Of a stretch of 33,954 bases of DNA, positions 1 to 9,712 are shown in pieces (positions within the stretch are counted from its first letter, which is position 1; each line of letters opens with the position of its first letter). Made by a program: the position numbers and the translations under genes. Origin of the DNA: a virus (Duplodnaviria; Caudoviricetes); the IMG/VR virus record IMGVR_UViG_3300042296_001618, positions 1 to 33,954 of that record; one strand, given 5' to 3'. The notes beneath the pieces were generated by a model, which was not told the origin of the DNA, did no database searches, and worked only from the letters and a program-made list of their open reading frames with translations.

Positions 1-1
1 T

Positions 2-1834
2 AATCAGTACGATAGGTACTCCTCCATTTTCATGTCTAACATAATTATTAAAATTAGAAAGAGGGATAGTATTATTAGTTGAAAGATTAGTAACCGATGA
101 ACTTGAAATATTATAACCTTGATTAAGGTTATCGATTAATATTCTATTTTGAGTTCTGCGATCTAGGAATATTCCTTTACCTGCTTTAAGTATGTCTGAA
201 TTAAATGATATTTCCACGTTAGTATTTCCATTTAGGATATCATTTACTTTATCATTGACATTCTCTATCATTCTCATTACTTCTCCAGTATTATTAAATA
301 CTGCCTGATTTTCCTGTAAAGATGCTTCAAGATTTTGAACCCTGATACTTAATTCGTTCTGGTCCTCACTATTAATCAATAGATCTTTTAAATCATCTAC
401 ACTCTGAGAAAGCTCCTGAAGCTCTAGCAGTTTGTCATTAAATCGGGTTTGGAGCTGTCTAAATTCAGTTAAAACATCTAGGAAAAGATCCATTGAAAAG
501 GTTGAAAAGTCATTGACCGATTTCTCAACTAGAACGTTTTCTATAGAAGTATCTAATTTAAGATTTAATTTAAATGAAAAAGAATTTCCATTGGTTTTAT
601 TTAGAGGATCAGGTTTATACTTGGTAATAAAAGGTATGCTAAATTCTAATCCATCCTGCTCAACTTTGTCTAGGAATAGGATTCCATATAAATTGGTTCT
701 AATATCTACTGGAGTTCCATCAGTGTTTAGATTATTAGGATCATATGTATCATAATAAACTAGGACAGCATTAAATTGAAAATCTTTATTTGCAATATAA
801 TCATTAAACTGAGAGAATGCATTGATTGAAGGATTTTCGTATGCTAATTTATAATTTTTAAGATCAAAGTCTAGAGATATACCATCGAGACTAGATCTTA
901 AATATTCGACTTGGGTTACTCCATCTTGTTTTCTAATAAATTTTGTTTGAGCAATATTATAAGCTCCAGTTAAATCAACGTTATCAGTATAATAAGAATT
1001 ATTAACGGTCTGATTAAACCATCTTCCAGGATTCAATGTTGAAGTCGGGCTGTCTCCTATCTCAGTAAATACGCTGCCATCGTCTAAATCGTAAAAAGCT
1101 TTCAGTGATAGACCAAATGGATGTGTTTCATTAAATTTTCTACCAGATAGATATTCTATATTTAAAGGGTCAGCTGCATTATTTGCAACTGTCATATTTG
1201 GAAAATAATTGGCGTCAGATACTGATTTAAACATGACATGCGTGGTGCTTCCAACATTAGTTGGAATATGAACGTATACTTCGGTATATGAATTATCTTT
1301 CGATTTAATCGTATTTACAACATCAATATCTCCTACATACTGAACTACCTTTTTATATGTACTTAATGTTGAAGTCTCCTCCACGAATCTTTTTTCTGAA
1401 CCTAGAGTAATTATATTTTTTTCTAGATTATTAGCATCTCTAAATCTAATAGCACCTGCTTCTTTTAACCATTTCCAAAAAACTCTTTCAGAAACTGTTA
1501 ACTTTTCGTCTCTTTGATATTGAGGCCTGCTTAAAAGTAAAGCCTCTAAATTTAGGGCATAATTTTGAAAACTTTGAGCCAGATTAATATTTTGATCAGA
1601 ATTTAATCCTTCTAAGATTGGGCTTTCTCCCTGAGCTAAGAACTGAAATTTATTATCAGTTGCGATACTATTTGGAGCACCGATTTCAGGAAGTCTTAAA
1701 AGGGCAAATTTAGAAAACCTAACAGCATTTTCGCTATTTGTTAAAGTGATATTAACATCTTCTAACGCGCTTTGAAAGGTATAAAATATTCCTTTTTGAT
1801 TCTGTATCTGTTTAATTAGCGGGGTAACTGCCAT
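2..1834 (-). CDS. Putative virion structural protein, partial (runs off the left edge)
   Basis: ATG at 1834 (MAVTPLIKQIQNQKGIFYTFQSALED...). The frame is open at both ends I checked and no stop is reached, so it is absent from the ORF track. It follows two genes with late-type promoters; function is inferred from context. Confidence 0.6.
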   Translation of the reverse strand, partial: MAVTPLIKQIQNQKGIFYTFQSALEDVNITLTNSENAVRFSKFALLRLPEIGAPNSIATDNKFQFLAQGESPILEGLNSDQNINLAQSFQNYALNLEALLLSRPQYQRDEKLTVSERVFWKWLKEAGAIRFRDANNLEKNIITLGSEKRFVEETSTLSTYKKVVQYVGDIDVVNTIKSKDNSYTEVYVHIPTNVGSTTHVMFKSVSDANYFPNMTVANNAADPLNIEYLSGRKFNETHPFGLSLKAFYDLDDGSVFTEIGDSPTSTLNPGRWFNQTVNNSYYTDNVDLTGAYNIAQTKFIRKQDGVTQVEYLRSSLDGISLDFDLKNYKLAYENPSINAFSQFNDYIANKDFQFNAVLVYYDTYDPNNLNTDGTPVDIRTNLYGILFLDKVEQDGLEFSIPFITKYKPDPLNKTNGNSFSFKLNLKLDTSIENVLVEKSVNDFSTFSMDLFLDVLTEFRQLQTRFNDKLLELQELSQSVDDLKDLLINSEDQNELSIRVQNLEASLQENQAVFNNTGEVMRMIENVNDKVNDILNGNTNVEISFNSDILKAGKGIFLDRRTQNRILIDNLNQGYNISSSSVTNLSTNNTIPLSNFNNYVRHENGGVPIVLI

Positions 1835-1851
1835 TATTTAATTTAAAATTT

Positions 1852-2820
1852 TTAGAACACTTCCATTCCAACTAAGGATCTAACTATTAATTTATCAATT
1901 GAATTATCAATAAGGTAATTTAAAGTTACATTTGATCCTAAATTAGTAATTTGATTATTTAAAGGATTAGAACTTAATGGGTTTATACCTAATGAAAATC
2001 CTAAATTATCTAAATCATTATGTAAAATTATTGGATTAGATCCGGTAGCTAGATTTAAACCTGGTTTTACTGTAAACGATAGCGATGCTAAATTGACTTG
2101 ATTTGCAATAGAAACATTTGCAGAATTTTCAACTACATCTACTAAGTAGATTGTAAACGTCGTATTCACAGCAGGAGGATTATTAGCATCAAAATCAATA
2201 AACAGGCTGAAAGAACTTATACCAGGGTTTAGAGCAATTCCATCCCAAATTTGAGTTGGTCCTAAAACTGTTTCACATTTTGCAGTAATATAAATATTCC
2301 TTCTAGATGTATTAGTTAAAACAACTCTTCCTAAGGCTTGATTTATTCCATCAAATTGAAAATCGCAAGCAATTTTTTCAGTAGATTCTACTATTGATTC
2401 ATTATAGATTAAAGTAGAACTGGCAGTTAAATTTCCAGTTGTAGTTAAGGAATTTGAAACTGTCAAATCATTTACTTGTAAATCAGAAATTTGAGCAATA
2501 AAATCAACTGATAAATTGTCAACATTTAGAGAAGATTGGCCGTTTCCTAATTTTATAAGTCTAGCAATAATTTGATTTGGGATTCCGGTTTGAAAAATAA
2601 AACCTCCATCTTGAATTACTACATTTTGAGTTCTTATGTTATTGATCGGATTGTCGGTTCCGATTGATATGCTATTAGTATCAATTTCTAGAATATTCAC
2701 AACATCTTCAATCTTATCTTTTAAGATTAAAACATTAGAATTATGGATCTGGGCGATATCTGTGATAAAGTCAGATTGTAAAATTTCTTGAATTGGCAAA
2801 TCTATTGGTGTAAAAGCCAT
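1852..2820 (-). CDS. Hypothetical virion protein (tail or fibre-associated candidate)
   Basis: 322-aa ORF, N/I/S/T-rich beta-type composition, preceded by the late motif AATAAATA. Confidence 0.5.
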   Translation of the reverse strand: MAFTPIDLPIQEILQSDFITDIAQIHNSNVLILKDKIEDVVNILEIDTNSISIGTDNPINNIRTQNVVIQDGGFIFQTGIPNQIIARLIKLGNGQSSLNVDNLSVDFIAQISDLQVNDLTVSNSLTTTGNLTASSTLIYNESIVESTEKIACDFQFDGINQALGRVVLTNTSRRNIYITAKCETVLGPTQIWDGIALNPGISSFSLFIDFDANNPPAVNTTFTIYLVDVVENSANVSIANQVNLASLSFTVKPGLNLATGSNPIILHNDLDNLGFSLGINPLSSNPLNNQITNLGSNVTLNYLIDNSIDKLIVRSLVGMEVF

Positions 2821-2842
2821 TTTTATTAAATTATTTTTATTT

Positions 2843-2850
2843 TATTTATT
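2843..2850 (-). promoter_or_regulatory. Putative late promoter AATAAATA
   Basis: Variant of the T4 late promoter TATAAATA, 22 nt upstream of the ATG at 2820. Confidence 0.5.
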
Positions 2851-5800
2851 ATAGATCATTTAAATTGTTTAAAAGCCTATTTTTTCTTCTGTTTAATTTT
2901 GTTTCTATACTATGTATATACTGATTTTTTTCTAAGACGTTTATCATTTTGGAAATTTGATTAGAATATTGAGTATTTCGGTTGTCGAAAACATCGACTT
3001 TAAGGTCGAAAGTTCCTAGATCTTTGAATTTCCAAACAAAGAATGGGACTGATCTTGTTCTAACTATTTCTTCGCCTGTTATGTTATTAGTTAACGTCCA
3101 TATAAATTCAGATTTTCCGTCTAGATTGTTGACTGTGAAAAATATTATTCCATTTTCAGGAATGTTAAAACTATCTTGGAAAATTTTAACATCTGTAATA
3201 TTAAAAGAATTCTGATCAATTAAAGATGGCAGGTGTCCGATCTGCTGATCGTTTTTAAATCTCCAATATTTTTGATCTACCCAAAATTGAGGATCCTGCA
3301 CCGCTCCAGTTAAAAGATCTTTGGTTTTTGAAAATAAGAAGAGAGTTTCAACATCAAATACTGGAGAAATTGATTTAAAATGATCTATTAATCTTTCTGA
3401 ATAGACATCATTCGGTAAGAAAAATGTGTATTTATCGGTGTCACTTGATCCAGACGTTGGACTAGATACTCCAGGGCTAGGGGTAGATTCTGAAAACAGA
3501 ATATGATACATTTCCTTGCTTAAATATCGAGCTCTAGCGTGTATAATTTTATCCAAAACCACATATTCGAATAGTCTGATTCCAGGATGCTCACTTGAAT
3601 TTAAAATAGAAGCAAGATCATCAAGATCAGTAAAATATGGAATTATGTAGTTAGAAAATAGAGAAATTTGGATTACTTTACCCTCCTTTGGGTTATTCAG
3701 ATAGAATCCTGCGTTAAAGTCATCCGTATAAACGGTGTTACAAAATCTTAAGAAGTAGAGAGATTTAAGAGAAACGTCTTTGAAATCTTCAACTCTTAAG
3801 TGAGCTCGATTATTACCTAGGCCCCAATATTCTTTTTTAGGATGATCCTGAATTGGATCGTTATATGGAACATATGACTGGGTACTATTATCATACAGTT
3901 CAACATCATATAAATTTTGACCCATCCCGTATCTATTCTTATAGAAAGAATTCCATTCTAAAAGATTTTTATATACATTAATAGTAGTCGCAGCATCCTC
4001 GCTGTTTAAAACATTTACCTTTGGATAATATAGAGTTGAGGCTCCAAAATCAATTAATCTGACATTTTCAAGATTACTGATGCTATAATCAAATTTATCC
4101 TCTAATCTGGTTATACCTATGATCTGAGGAACCTGGTTCTGCTGAACTGTTACAAATTTACTAAATACGCTAGTGTTTCCGTAAAAGTCATGTAATTCTA
4201 ACGTAACCCTATAGGTGCCAGCATAAGGAAGAAAATGAGGTAATTCTTTTAGATCTTTTATCAATCCACGATAACTAAAATTATAAGGGTTTGGTGAATT
4301 TTTAGTAATCCTCCAAGTTATCTCGTAGAAATTTTTAAAATCTATATTCTCCAGAGTAAAATAAGGGTTAACTGCAGCTAAATCTTGAAAGGTCACTCCT
4401 CTGAAACTTTGAAAAGTAAACTTATCTGTTACTACATTCAGTATAATAGGAGCCCCTATTAATCTTTCAGGATCATCTCCGTCTTCCCATTCTAATCTTG
4501 CGCTTAGGTCTGGGTACCTTTGATTTTTTATTTCATCGTAAAAGTTTTTTATGTATGTATTGATTATAGGAATAGCTCCAACTGAGTACCTTTGACTGTT
4601 TTGAAAAGGATTTTCAGTTCCAGGATTCAGGATAAATGATCCAAAATTAGGACCGTTAGGAATCTCTTTTCTTAAAAGAGGGGAAAGCGATCTTAGGATT
4701 AAATTGGTGTTTAAATCAGGATAAACGGAAAGATCTGCCTCCTCATTCATATTAAAGTCATAAATTTTGGTATCGTCCTGCCAGAATTTAATGGTAATCT
4801 TTTGAAAATAGATGAATTCTCCGATGACATCTTTTATCTTTACGTTTATCGGTAAAAACTCATTCTTAAGTTTATCCTTTAATCGGTTAAGCTTATAAAA
4901 TATTTCATCTACTGTAAATTCAGTAGTCTCTTCTATTTCTGGTATTCCATCGTCATCAAATTGATCTGTCTCTTTAGTAAATTGATAAACCAGGGCCAAG
5001 AATTCAGTCTTTTTAAATTGATTTCCAAATTTAATATTTCGGTTTTTATCCAAAATATTCATATTATCAATCTTTCCGTCATCTAAATAATCAGTAACGT
5101 CGACCAATAATTGTTTATTAAAATAGGAGGAACCAGGATTGACATTTTTCCAATATTCTTTGATTTGTAGAACGTCTTTATATCCTAATAGATTGACAAA
5201 ATTAGAAAGACCTTTATAAGTTCCAATATAAGGATAAATTTGGTCCTTGTTTACTAGGAGAGCTTTTCTGGATTCATTTACTTTTTCCCAGTCAGGTAAG
5301 GCCTCTTTAATATCATAGTCTTTAAGAATATTTGCATCTTCCTTGTTAAATTTGATTCCAAAATTACGGGCCCATACTCCAAATCTTTCATCTTCTTCTA
5401 GTCCCTCTCCATAGAGATTAATCTCGGCAACTTTAGTTCGAGTCGCCGGACTGGATTCATCTATTAAATAGATGAATAGGGTTCGTTCGTATCTGATTTC
5501 TAAATTAGGGTTAAATGCAATATTTACCTGTAAAGGAAGATTAATATCTACGGTAGCAGGTCCAGAAATTGGAGATACATCTTCATATTTAATGAGCTGA
5601 GAATCCTTTTTATTGATGAAAAAGTTCTTTAGTTGATTATCTCTTTCAACGTCATATAGAAAAAACTCTTCAATCTCGTTATCATTCCATTCAAATAGAA
5701 TAGATTGACCTGCTGATATTGCTGGAAATTTAAAATCCTGACCTATCTTTTCTAAAATAAATATGTTCTCATTATCGAATAAAAAAGTTGAAAGTTCTGG

Positions 5801-5899
5801 AAAATAAATGGTTCCGACCCAATGTTCATTGTCAACATTGTAATCTAGATTTAAATTTTTTCCAAATTTATCAAAAAATTGAAGATTGTTAATATTCAT
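2849..5899 (-). CDS. Large virion protein, possible baseplate wedge subunit with PKD/Ig-like segments
   Basis: 1016 aa. GTYKGLSNFVNLLGY resembles the wedge-protein GT..(G/A)l...l..lG motif. AGTYRVTLELHDFYGN and LGTFDLKVDVFDNRN are PKD-like strands. Late motif upstream. Confidence 0.5.
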   Translation of the reverse strand: MNINNLQFFDKFGKNLNLDYNVDNEHWVGTIYFPELSTFLFDNENIFILEKIGQDFKFPAISAGQSILFEWNDNEIEEFFLYDVERDNQLKNFFINKKDSQLIKYEDVSPISGPATVDINLPLQVNIAFNPNLEIRYERTLFIYLIDESSPATRTKVAEINLYGEGLEEDERFGVWARNFGIKFNKEDANILKDYDIKEALPDWEKVNESRKALLVNKDQIYPYIGTYKGLSNFVNLLGYKDVLQIKEYWKNVNPGSSYFNKQLLVDVTDYLDDGKIDNMNILDKNRNIKFGNQFKKTEFLALVYQFTKETDQFDDDGIPEIEETTEFTVDEIFYKLNRLKDKLKNEFLPINVKIKDVIGEFIYFQKITIKFWQDDTKIYDFNMNEEADLSVYPDLNTNLILRSLSPLLRKEIPNGPNFGSFILNPGTENPFQNSQRYSVGAIPIINTYIKNFYDEIKNQRYPDLSARLEWEDGDDPERLIGAPIILNVVTDKFTFQSFRGVTFQDLAAVNPYFTLENIDFKNFYEITWRITKNSPNPYNFSYRGLIKDLKELPHFLPYAGTYRVTLELHDFYGNTSVFSKFVTVQQNQVPQIIGITRLEDKFDYSISNLENVRLIDFGASTLYYPKVNVLNSEDAATTINVYKNLLEWNSFYKNRYGMGQNLYDVELYDNSTQSYVPYNDPIQDHPKKEYWGLGNNRAHLRVEDFKDVSLKSLYFLRFCNTVYTDDFNAGFYLNNPKEGKVIQISLFSNYIIPYFTDLDDLASILNSSEHPGIRLFEYVVLDKIIHARARYLSKEMYHILFSESTPSPGVSSPTSGSSDTDKYTFFLPNDVYSERLIDHFKSISPVFDVETLFLFSKTKDLLTGAVQDPQFWVDQKYWRFKNDQQIGHLPSLIDQNSFNITDVKIFQDSFNIPENGIIFFTVNNLDGKSEFIWTLTNNITGEEIVRTRSVPFFVWKFKDLGTFDLKVDVFDNRNTQYSNQISKMINVLEKNQYIHSIETKLNRRKNRLLNNLNDL

Positions 5900-5919
5900 T
5901 TAAAAAGATACGTTTGATT

Positions 5920-5927
5920 TATTTATC
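5920..5927 (-). promoter_or_regulatory. Putative late promoter GATAAATA
   Basis: 20 nt upstream of the ATG at 5899; same motif as at other structural genes. Confidence 0.5.
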
Positions 5928-5928
5928 A

Positions 5929-6330
5929 TTAAATACTATAAATTGCACTGTCTCCAGTTGTACTTAAAGAAATAAAATCTAGATTATCTCCATCGTCTAG
6001 ACCCGTTCTTTTGTGAATCGCCTTCCATTGCTTAGCGTATCCGTTTTTACAGATTTGAGTAAAATAAGCGAAAGCATTTGGATTTTCTGTTTTAGCAGGG
6101 TCAAATCCTTTCCAGTATTTTAAGCAATCTAAAAGAGCTGATTGAATACAGTCCTCACGGTCTCTATAGTCTTCATAATACATTTTATTAACCGCTCTAT
6201 TAGCTAATGAAATAAAGCAATTAATAGCAAAGTTAGAGAGTTCTCCGCTCTGTTTACAAAGGATTATTTCCTCTGTGAATTCTTTATTATTAACATAATG
6301 GGTGTCTCCCCTCTTTTTTCTTTTTGACAT
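5929..6330 (-). CDS. gp55: T4 gp55-like late transcription sigma factor
   Basis: Family signature motifs HYVNNKEF and NAFAYFTQI, plus KYWKGFDP; 133 aa. Confidence 0.85.
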   Translation of the reverse strand: MSKRKKRGDTHYVNNKEFTEEIILCKQSGELSNFAINCFISLANRAVNKMYYEDYRDREDCIQSALLDCLKYWKGFDPAKTENPNAFAYFTQICKNGYAKQWKAIHKRTGLDDGDNLDFISLSTTGDSAIYSI

Positions 6331-6340
6331 CTTAATAAGA

Positions 6341-7009
6341 TTATTTTTGGAACAGGATCTGATGTACTTTAACCACTCCTAAAAAGGAATCTATCATATC
6401 CATAATAGGAGAAACGATCTGGTCCTTTTTTAGGACCCAGTCTTCTGACTCTAGGGCTAAGTATAGATCTGATTGTTTGACTGAATCAAGGATAGGATCA
6501 GTCAAGAATTTGTTGTATATTTCCATCTTTTTTGCATTTCCTTTACATCCTATTGCATTCTTTAATTCAGATGGACTAAAAATAAAAAGACGACTTGCGT
6601 CGTCTTTTAAGATTTGATTAACCAATTTGTCTTTGATTATTCCAGTGGCTTGCGAAATATCTACTAGAGAATTGCCAGATGAACCAAAAGAGATTCCTTC
6701 TAAAGCAATTACTAGTTCTTCATCAGGGTCTACTTCTTCTTTTATTTTTTCAATTAATAAATTAGTGGCTTCGATGTAGTTTACCAGCTTGTTTCTTTCG
6801 GTAAGATGGTAGTGCTCTTCAGTTTTTCTTCGGGTTTCAGTTCGATAGATTTTGATCGTCGGATAAGTAGTAGTTAGATCTTCTAGATTTTTTTCCTCTT
6901 TCTTGGTAATGTTTGTGTTTGCTAAAGCTAGCCATTTATAGCTTTTAAAGTCTCGACATATGCATATTCCAGGATATAATATGGAAAAATCTATTCCAAT
7001 TATAGTCAT
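6341..7009 (-). CDS. ruvC: RuvC-like Holliday junction resolvase
   Basis: IIGIDFS (catalytic D), IALEGISFGS (catalytic E), GKGNAKK-like segment GCKGNAKK, and DMIDS (catalytic D pair). Confidence 0.75.
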   Translation of the reverse strand: MTIIGIDFSILYPGICICRDFKSYKWLALANTNITKKEEKNLEDLTTTYPTIKIYRTETRRKTEEHYHLTERNKLVNYIEATNLLIEKIKEEVDPDEELVIALEGISFGSSGNSLVDISQATGIIKDKLVNQILKDDASRLFIFSPSELKNAIGCKGNAKKMEIYNKFLTDPILDSVKQSDLYLALESEDWVLKKDQIVSPIMDMIDSFLGVVKVHQILFQK

Positions 7010-7035
7010 TCATTTGGGATAATTTTTAAAAAAAT

Positions 7036-7063
7036 ATTATACTCTTAGATCCTTTAAAGTTTT
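7036..7063 (-). promoter_or_regulatory. Putative middle-class promoter AAAAC-N16-GTATAAT (ruvC-gp55)
   Basis: Minus strand reads AAAAC tttaaaggatctaaga GTATAAT. Confidence 0.65.
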
Positions 7064-7081
7064 AAACTGATAAAAGATTTA

Positions 7082-7534
7082 TTAAAAGTCAGTATCTACA
7101 GTATAAGTACTTGTACCTATCGTCCAGCTTAGAGAATCATTGCTTGTAAAAGTAGTCATTTTTGTTTTAATTTCACCCAATAGGCTGCTCAATAGGGTTA
7201 CATAATCCTGATGCATCATACTAGTTTTCAAAGAAGGAGCAATATTCGTATTCCACCAATTTTGAAACGCAGTAAATGCTCCTCCTTCATCGTCATCACC
7301 TGATACTCCCCAGCTAAAGAATGTAGCGGCACTAAGTTGATCTTTATAAGGTTCCCAGAAAGATTCATTTTTAAACAGATTTTCAATTTTACTAGATAAT
7401 GATTTTGCTGTTTCTAATCCAAGTGCATTCGGATTCTTTAATTGTAAATTTGAAGGAGCAGATACTCCTGAAACTGATCCGACAGTTTCATTAATTCTTA
7501 TAAATTGTTTAAAATTTAAAACGTTTTTCTTCAT
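7082..7534 (-). CDS. Hypothetical protein, candidate head internal protein
   Basis: 150 aa; N-terminus MKKNVLNFKQFIRINE resembles the T4 capsid-targeting leader. Confidence 0.5.
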   Translation of the reverse strand: MKKNVLNFKQFIRINETVGSVSGVSAPSNLQLKNPNALGLETAKSLSSKIENLFKNESFWEPYKDQLSAATFFSWGVSGDDDEGGAFTAFQNWWNTNIAPSLKTSMMHQDYVTLLSSLLGEIKTKMTTFTSNDSLSWTIGTSTYTVDTDF

Positions 7535-7556
7535 TTGAAATACTATTTTTTTATTT

Positions 7557-7589
7557 TTACTTTAGTAAATCTATAGTAATACTAAAGTT
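7557..7589 (-). repeat. Left array of three 11-bp quasi-palindromic units
   Basis: Minus strand: AACTTTAGTAT|TACTATAGATT|TACTAAAGTAA. 7565-7588 is the exact reverse complement of 8367-8390. Confidence 0.85.
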
Positions 7590-7622
7590 TTGAATAGATC
7601 AAAATTTATTAAAATCAAGTAT

Positions 7623-8264
7623 CTATCTATTTTTAATTATTTTTATACCAGTATAGTCAATTTTGTTAATTTCAATATCTGAGTTAGAAAAGTATTCGTC
7701 TACTGCTTTTTTAGAACCTTGCCAGTGTCCATAGTCGTCAACTATTAAGACTCCGTTAACTGACAAGTTAGGATAAAGAACATCTAATTCAATCTTGGTA
7801 GATTGATACCAGTCGGTATCTAATCTGAGTAGAGAAATCTTATCAGGTACGTTATTGGCATCAGTTAAGGTTTTCAATATGTCACCGATCACATAATTTA
7901 CTTGGTCTTGTGAAAATTTAGAAGTCTGAAGCAGACTCTTTACTGAATCTAAAGAGGCATAACACATAACTGATTCTAGTATATCCTTTGCCTTATTTGA
8001 GCGTAAGTCGACGTCATTTTCATCTGGCTCCGTCATGCCTTCAAAAGTATCATATAACCATACCTTTTTATCTTGGATATCATGATAATGAAGATAGTCC
8101 ATGATTCCTTTTATGTTTCCACCTTTCCAGACTCCACATTCTACAATGTCTCCTGGTATTTTATTAATTCTGATGTACTCTAAAGAATTAAATAATTCAG
8201 TTATTCTTTCCACGCTAGTCATGGAATAGGGTTTTACAATTTTGATAAATTCTTCTAGGATCAT
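7623..8264 (-). CDS. TylF/MycF/NovP-family sugar O-methyltransferase
   Basis: GDIVECGVWKGG, LYDTFEGM, LLRLDTDWYQST, IVDDYGHWQG are family motifs. Confidence 0.9.
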   Translation of the reverse strand: MILEEFIKIVKPYSMTSVERITELFNSLEYIRINKIPGDIVECGVWKGGNIKGIMDYLHYHDIQDKKVWLYDTFEGMTEPDENDVDLRSNKAKDILESVMCYASLDSVKSLLQTSKFSQDQVNYVIGDILKTLTDANNVPDKISLLRLDTDWYQSTKIELDVLYPNLSVNGVLIVDDYGHWQGSKKAVDEYFSNSDIEINKIDYTGIKIIKNR

Positions 8265-8277
8265 AGTTCTATTTTTT

Positions 8278-8285
8278 TATTTATT
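8278..8285 (-). promoter_or_regulatory. Putative late promoter AATAAATA (tylF-like gene)
   Basis: 13 nt upstream of the ATG at 8264. Confidence 0.45.
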
Positions 8286-8296
8286 TCTCATATATT

Positions 8297-8324
8297 AAAA
8301 CTTTTGCTTTTTTCAGTAGTAAAA
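8297..8324 (+). promoter_or_regulatory. Putative middle-class promoter AAAAC-N17-GTAAAA
   Basis: Matches the recurring motif; fires into a G-tract and repeat array rather than directly into a gene. Confidence 0.45.
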
Positions 8325-8344
8325 AAGGGTGGAGGGTGGGAGAT

Positions 8345-8398
8345 TACTTTATCTTTCTTTATCTATACTTTAGTATTACTATAGATTTACGTTAGAGT
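8345..8398 (+). repeat. Right array of phased 11-bp units
   Basis: TAC starts at 8345, 8366, 8377, 8388 and 8399. Core units are TACTTTAGTAT|TACTATAGATT|TACGTTAGAGT. Confidence 0.8.
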
Positions 8399-8440
8399 TA
8401 CTTGCGCGCGAAGGGTAAAAATTTTTAAGATTCAATTCAA

Positions 8441-8451
8441 TGTGGTATAAT
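8441..8451 (+). promoter_or_regulatory. Extended -10 promoter TGTGGTATAAT (early-type candidate)
   Basis: Perfect TGnTATAAT 17 nt upstream of the ATG at 8469; resembles the T4 early -10 region and lacks the AAAAC box. Confidence 0.55.
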
Positions 8452-8468
8452 TACTTAAAATAAAAAAT

Positions 8469-8783
8469 ATGACACTGAGAAAAAAAATTAAAGCCAAGAT
8501 TCTCTCTTCAGCTCGAAGATTGGGATTTATCAAGAAAGAAGTTTCTCCTGAGTTTACTAAATTACAGATACAGTCTGCGATTGATCAGAGCGGGAATCGA
8601 TTTGATCATTCCGATTTTGTGCTAGCTAAACAGCGTTTGCGTGGAATCTATAAAAAGACTACTCAGCAACAGCAGTCGTGCCATTATGATTTTATCAAGC
8701 ATACCTGCCGCTGCGGTTTAACAATTGACAAGATAAAATCAGGAGAAACCTGTGTGTTAAACAGTAGTAAAAATAGAGTATGA
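8469..8783 (+). CDS. Hypothetical basic protein with a Cys/His cluster
   Basis: 104 aa; CHYDFIKHTCRCG...TC is a possible Zn site; overlaps the uvsE start (ATGA). Confidence 0.55.
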   Translation: MTLRKKIKAKILSSARRLGFIKKEVSPEFTKLQIQSAIDQSGNRFDHSDFVLAKQRLRGIYKKTTQQQQSCHYDFIKHTCRCGLTIDKIKSGETCVLNSSKNRV

Positions 8784-9712
8784 ATCTGGGATATTGCTGC
8801 ATCAATCTTACTCTAGGTGAGAAAGGAATCACCACTAATCGTGGTATGATCAAACGTACCTTTCAAGCTGAAGGTAAACAGCGAGCAAGTGACTTGGCCT
8901 TGTTGAATCTTCAAGATGTGCTTCAAGTTCTACACTGGAATCTGGAACAGGGTATCCTGATCTATCGTATGTCTAGTGATATTTTTCCCTGGATGAGCGA
9001 ATACAGATTCGAGGATCTGCCTAACTATCCTAAAATTCAGCAAGCATGCGAAGAGATCGGCAACTTTGCCCTAGCTAACAATATAAGACTCTCTTTTCAT
9101 CCCGGTCAATTTGATGTCCTTGCTTCTGAACGCGAATCAGTAGTTGAAAAGACGATATACGATCTGGATCAACATGCTCGAATCATGGACCTGATGCGTC
9201 TTCCAAGAACACACCAGTTTCCCCTTAACATACATGTTGGAGGCACTTATGGTGATAAAGAATCGGCTGCCTATCGTTTCTGCCAAAATTTTTCCCGACT
9301 CTCCGAGTCTACTCGATCCCGATTGGTGGTAGAAAATGACGATAAAGAGACCCAATACAGCGTGACGGATCTACACCAGCTGATTTTTTCCAGAGTTGGA
9401 ACCCCAATCACCTTTGATTTCTTTCATCATCTCTTCTGCACAGGCGACTTGACCTCAGATCAGGCAGCCGCTCTAGCCGCATCTACTTGGCCGGTCGGTA
9501 TTCGTCCCTTAGCTCATTATAGTAGCAGTCGTAAGATCAATGAAGATCAATCATCAAAGTCTCCAAGATCACATGCTGACTTTATATACGAAGAGATACC
9601 TGAAATAGGTAGATTCTTTGACATTGAAATAGAGGCTAAAGCCAAAGAATTGGCTCTTTTTAGATATCAGGAACAATTTAATCAAATAGAAAATGAATCA
9701 AATAAAGTTTAA
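8780..9712 (+). CDS. uvsE: UV-damage endonuclease (UvsE/UVDE)
   Basis: LGYCCIN, YRMSSDIFPW, RLSFHPGQF, NIHVGG, RLVVENDD, FDFFHH, HADFI, EAKAKE. Confidence 0.95.
   Translation: MNLGYCCINLTLGEKGITTNRGMIKRTFQAEGKQRASDLALLNLQDVLQVLHWNLEQGILIYRMSSDIFPWMSEYRFEDLPNYPKIQQACEEIGNFALANNIRLSFHPGQFDVLASERESVVEKTIYDLDQHARIMDLMRLPRTHQFPLNIHVGGTYGDKESAAYRFCQNFSRLSESTRSRLVVENDDKETQYSVTDLHQLIFSRVGTPITFDFFHHLFCTGDLTSDQAAALAASTWPVGIRPLAHYSSSRKINEDQSSKSPRSHADFIYEEIPEIGRFFDIEIEAKAKELALFRYQEQFNQIENESNKV

Noticed and set aside
432-3215. Plus-strand ORFs 432-755 and 2982-3215
   Set aside because: Antisense shadows of long minus-strand genes, with no motifs.
7557-8398. CRISPR array, IS element or MITE interpretation of the repeats
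   Set aside because: No repeat-spacer periodicity, no transposase, and no target-site duplication evident.
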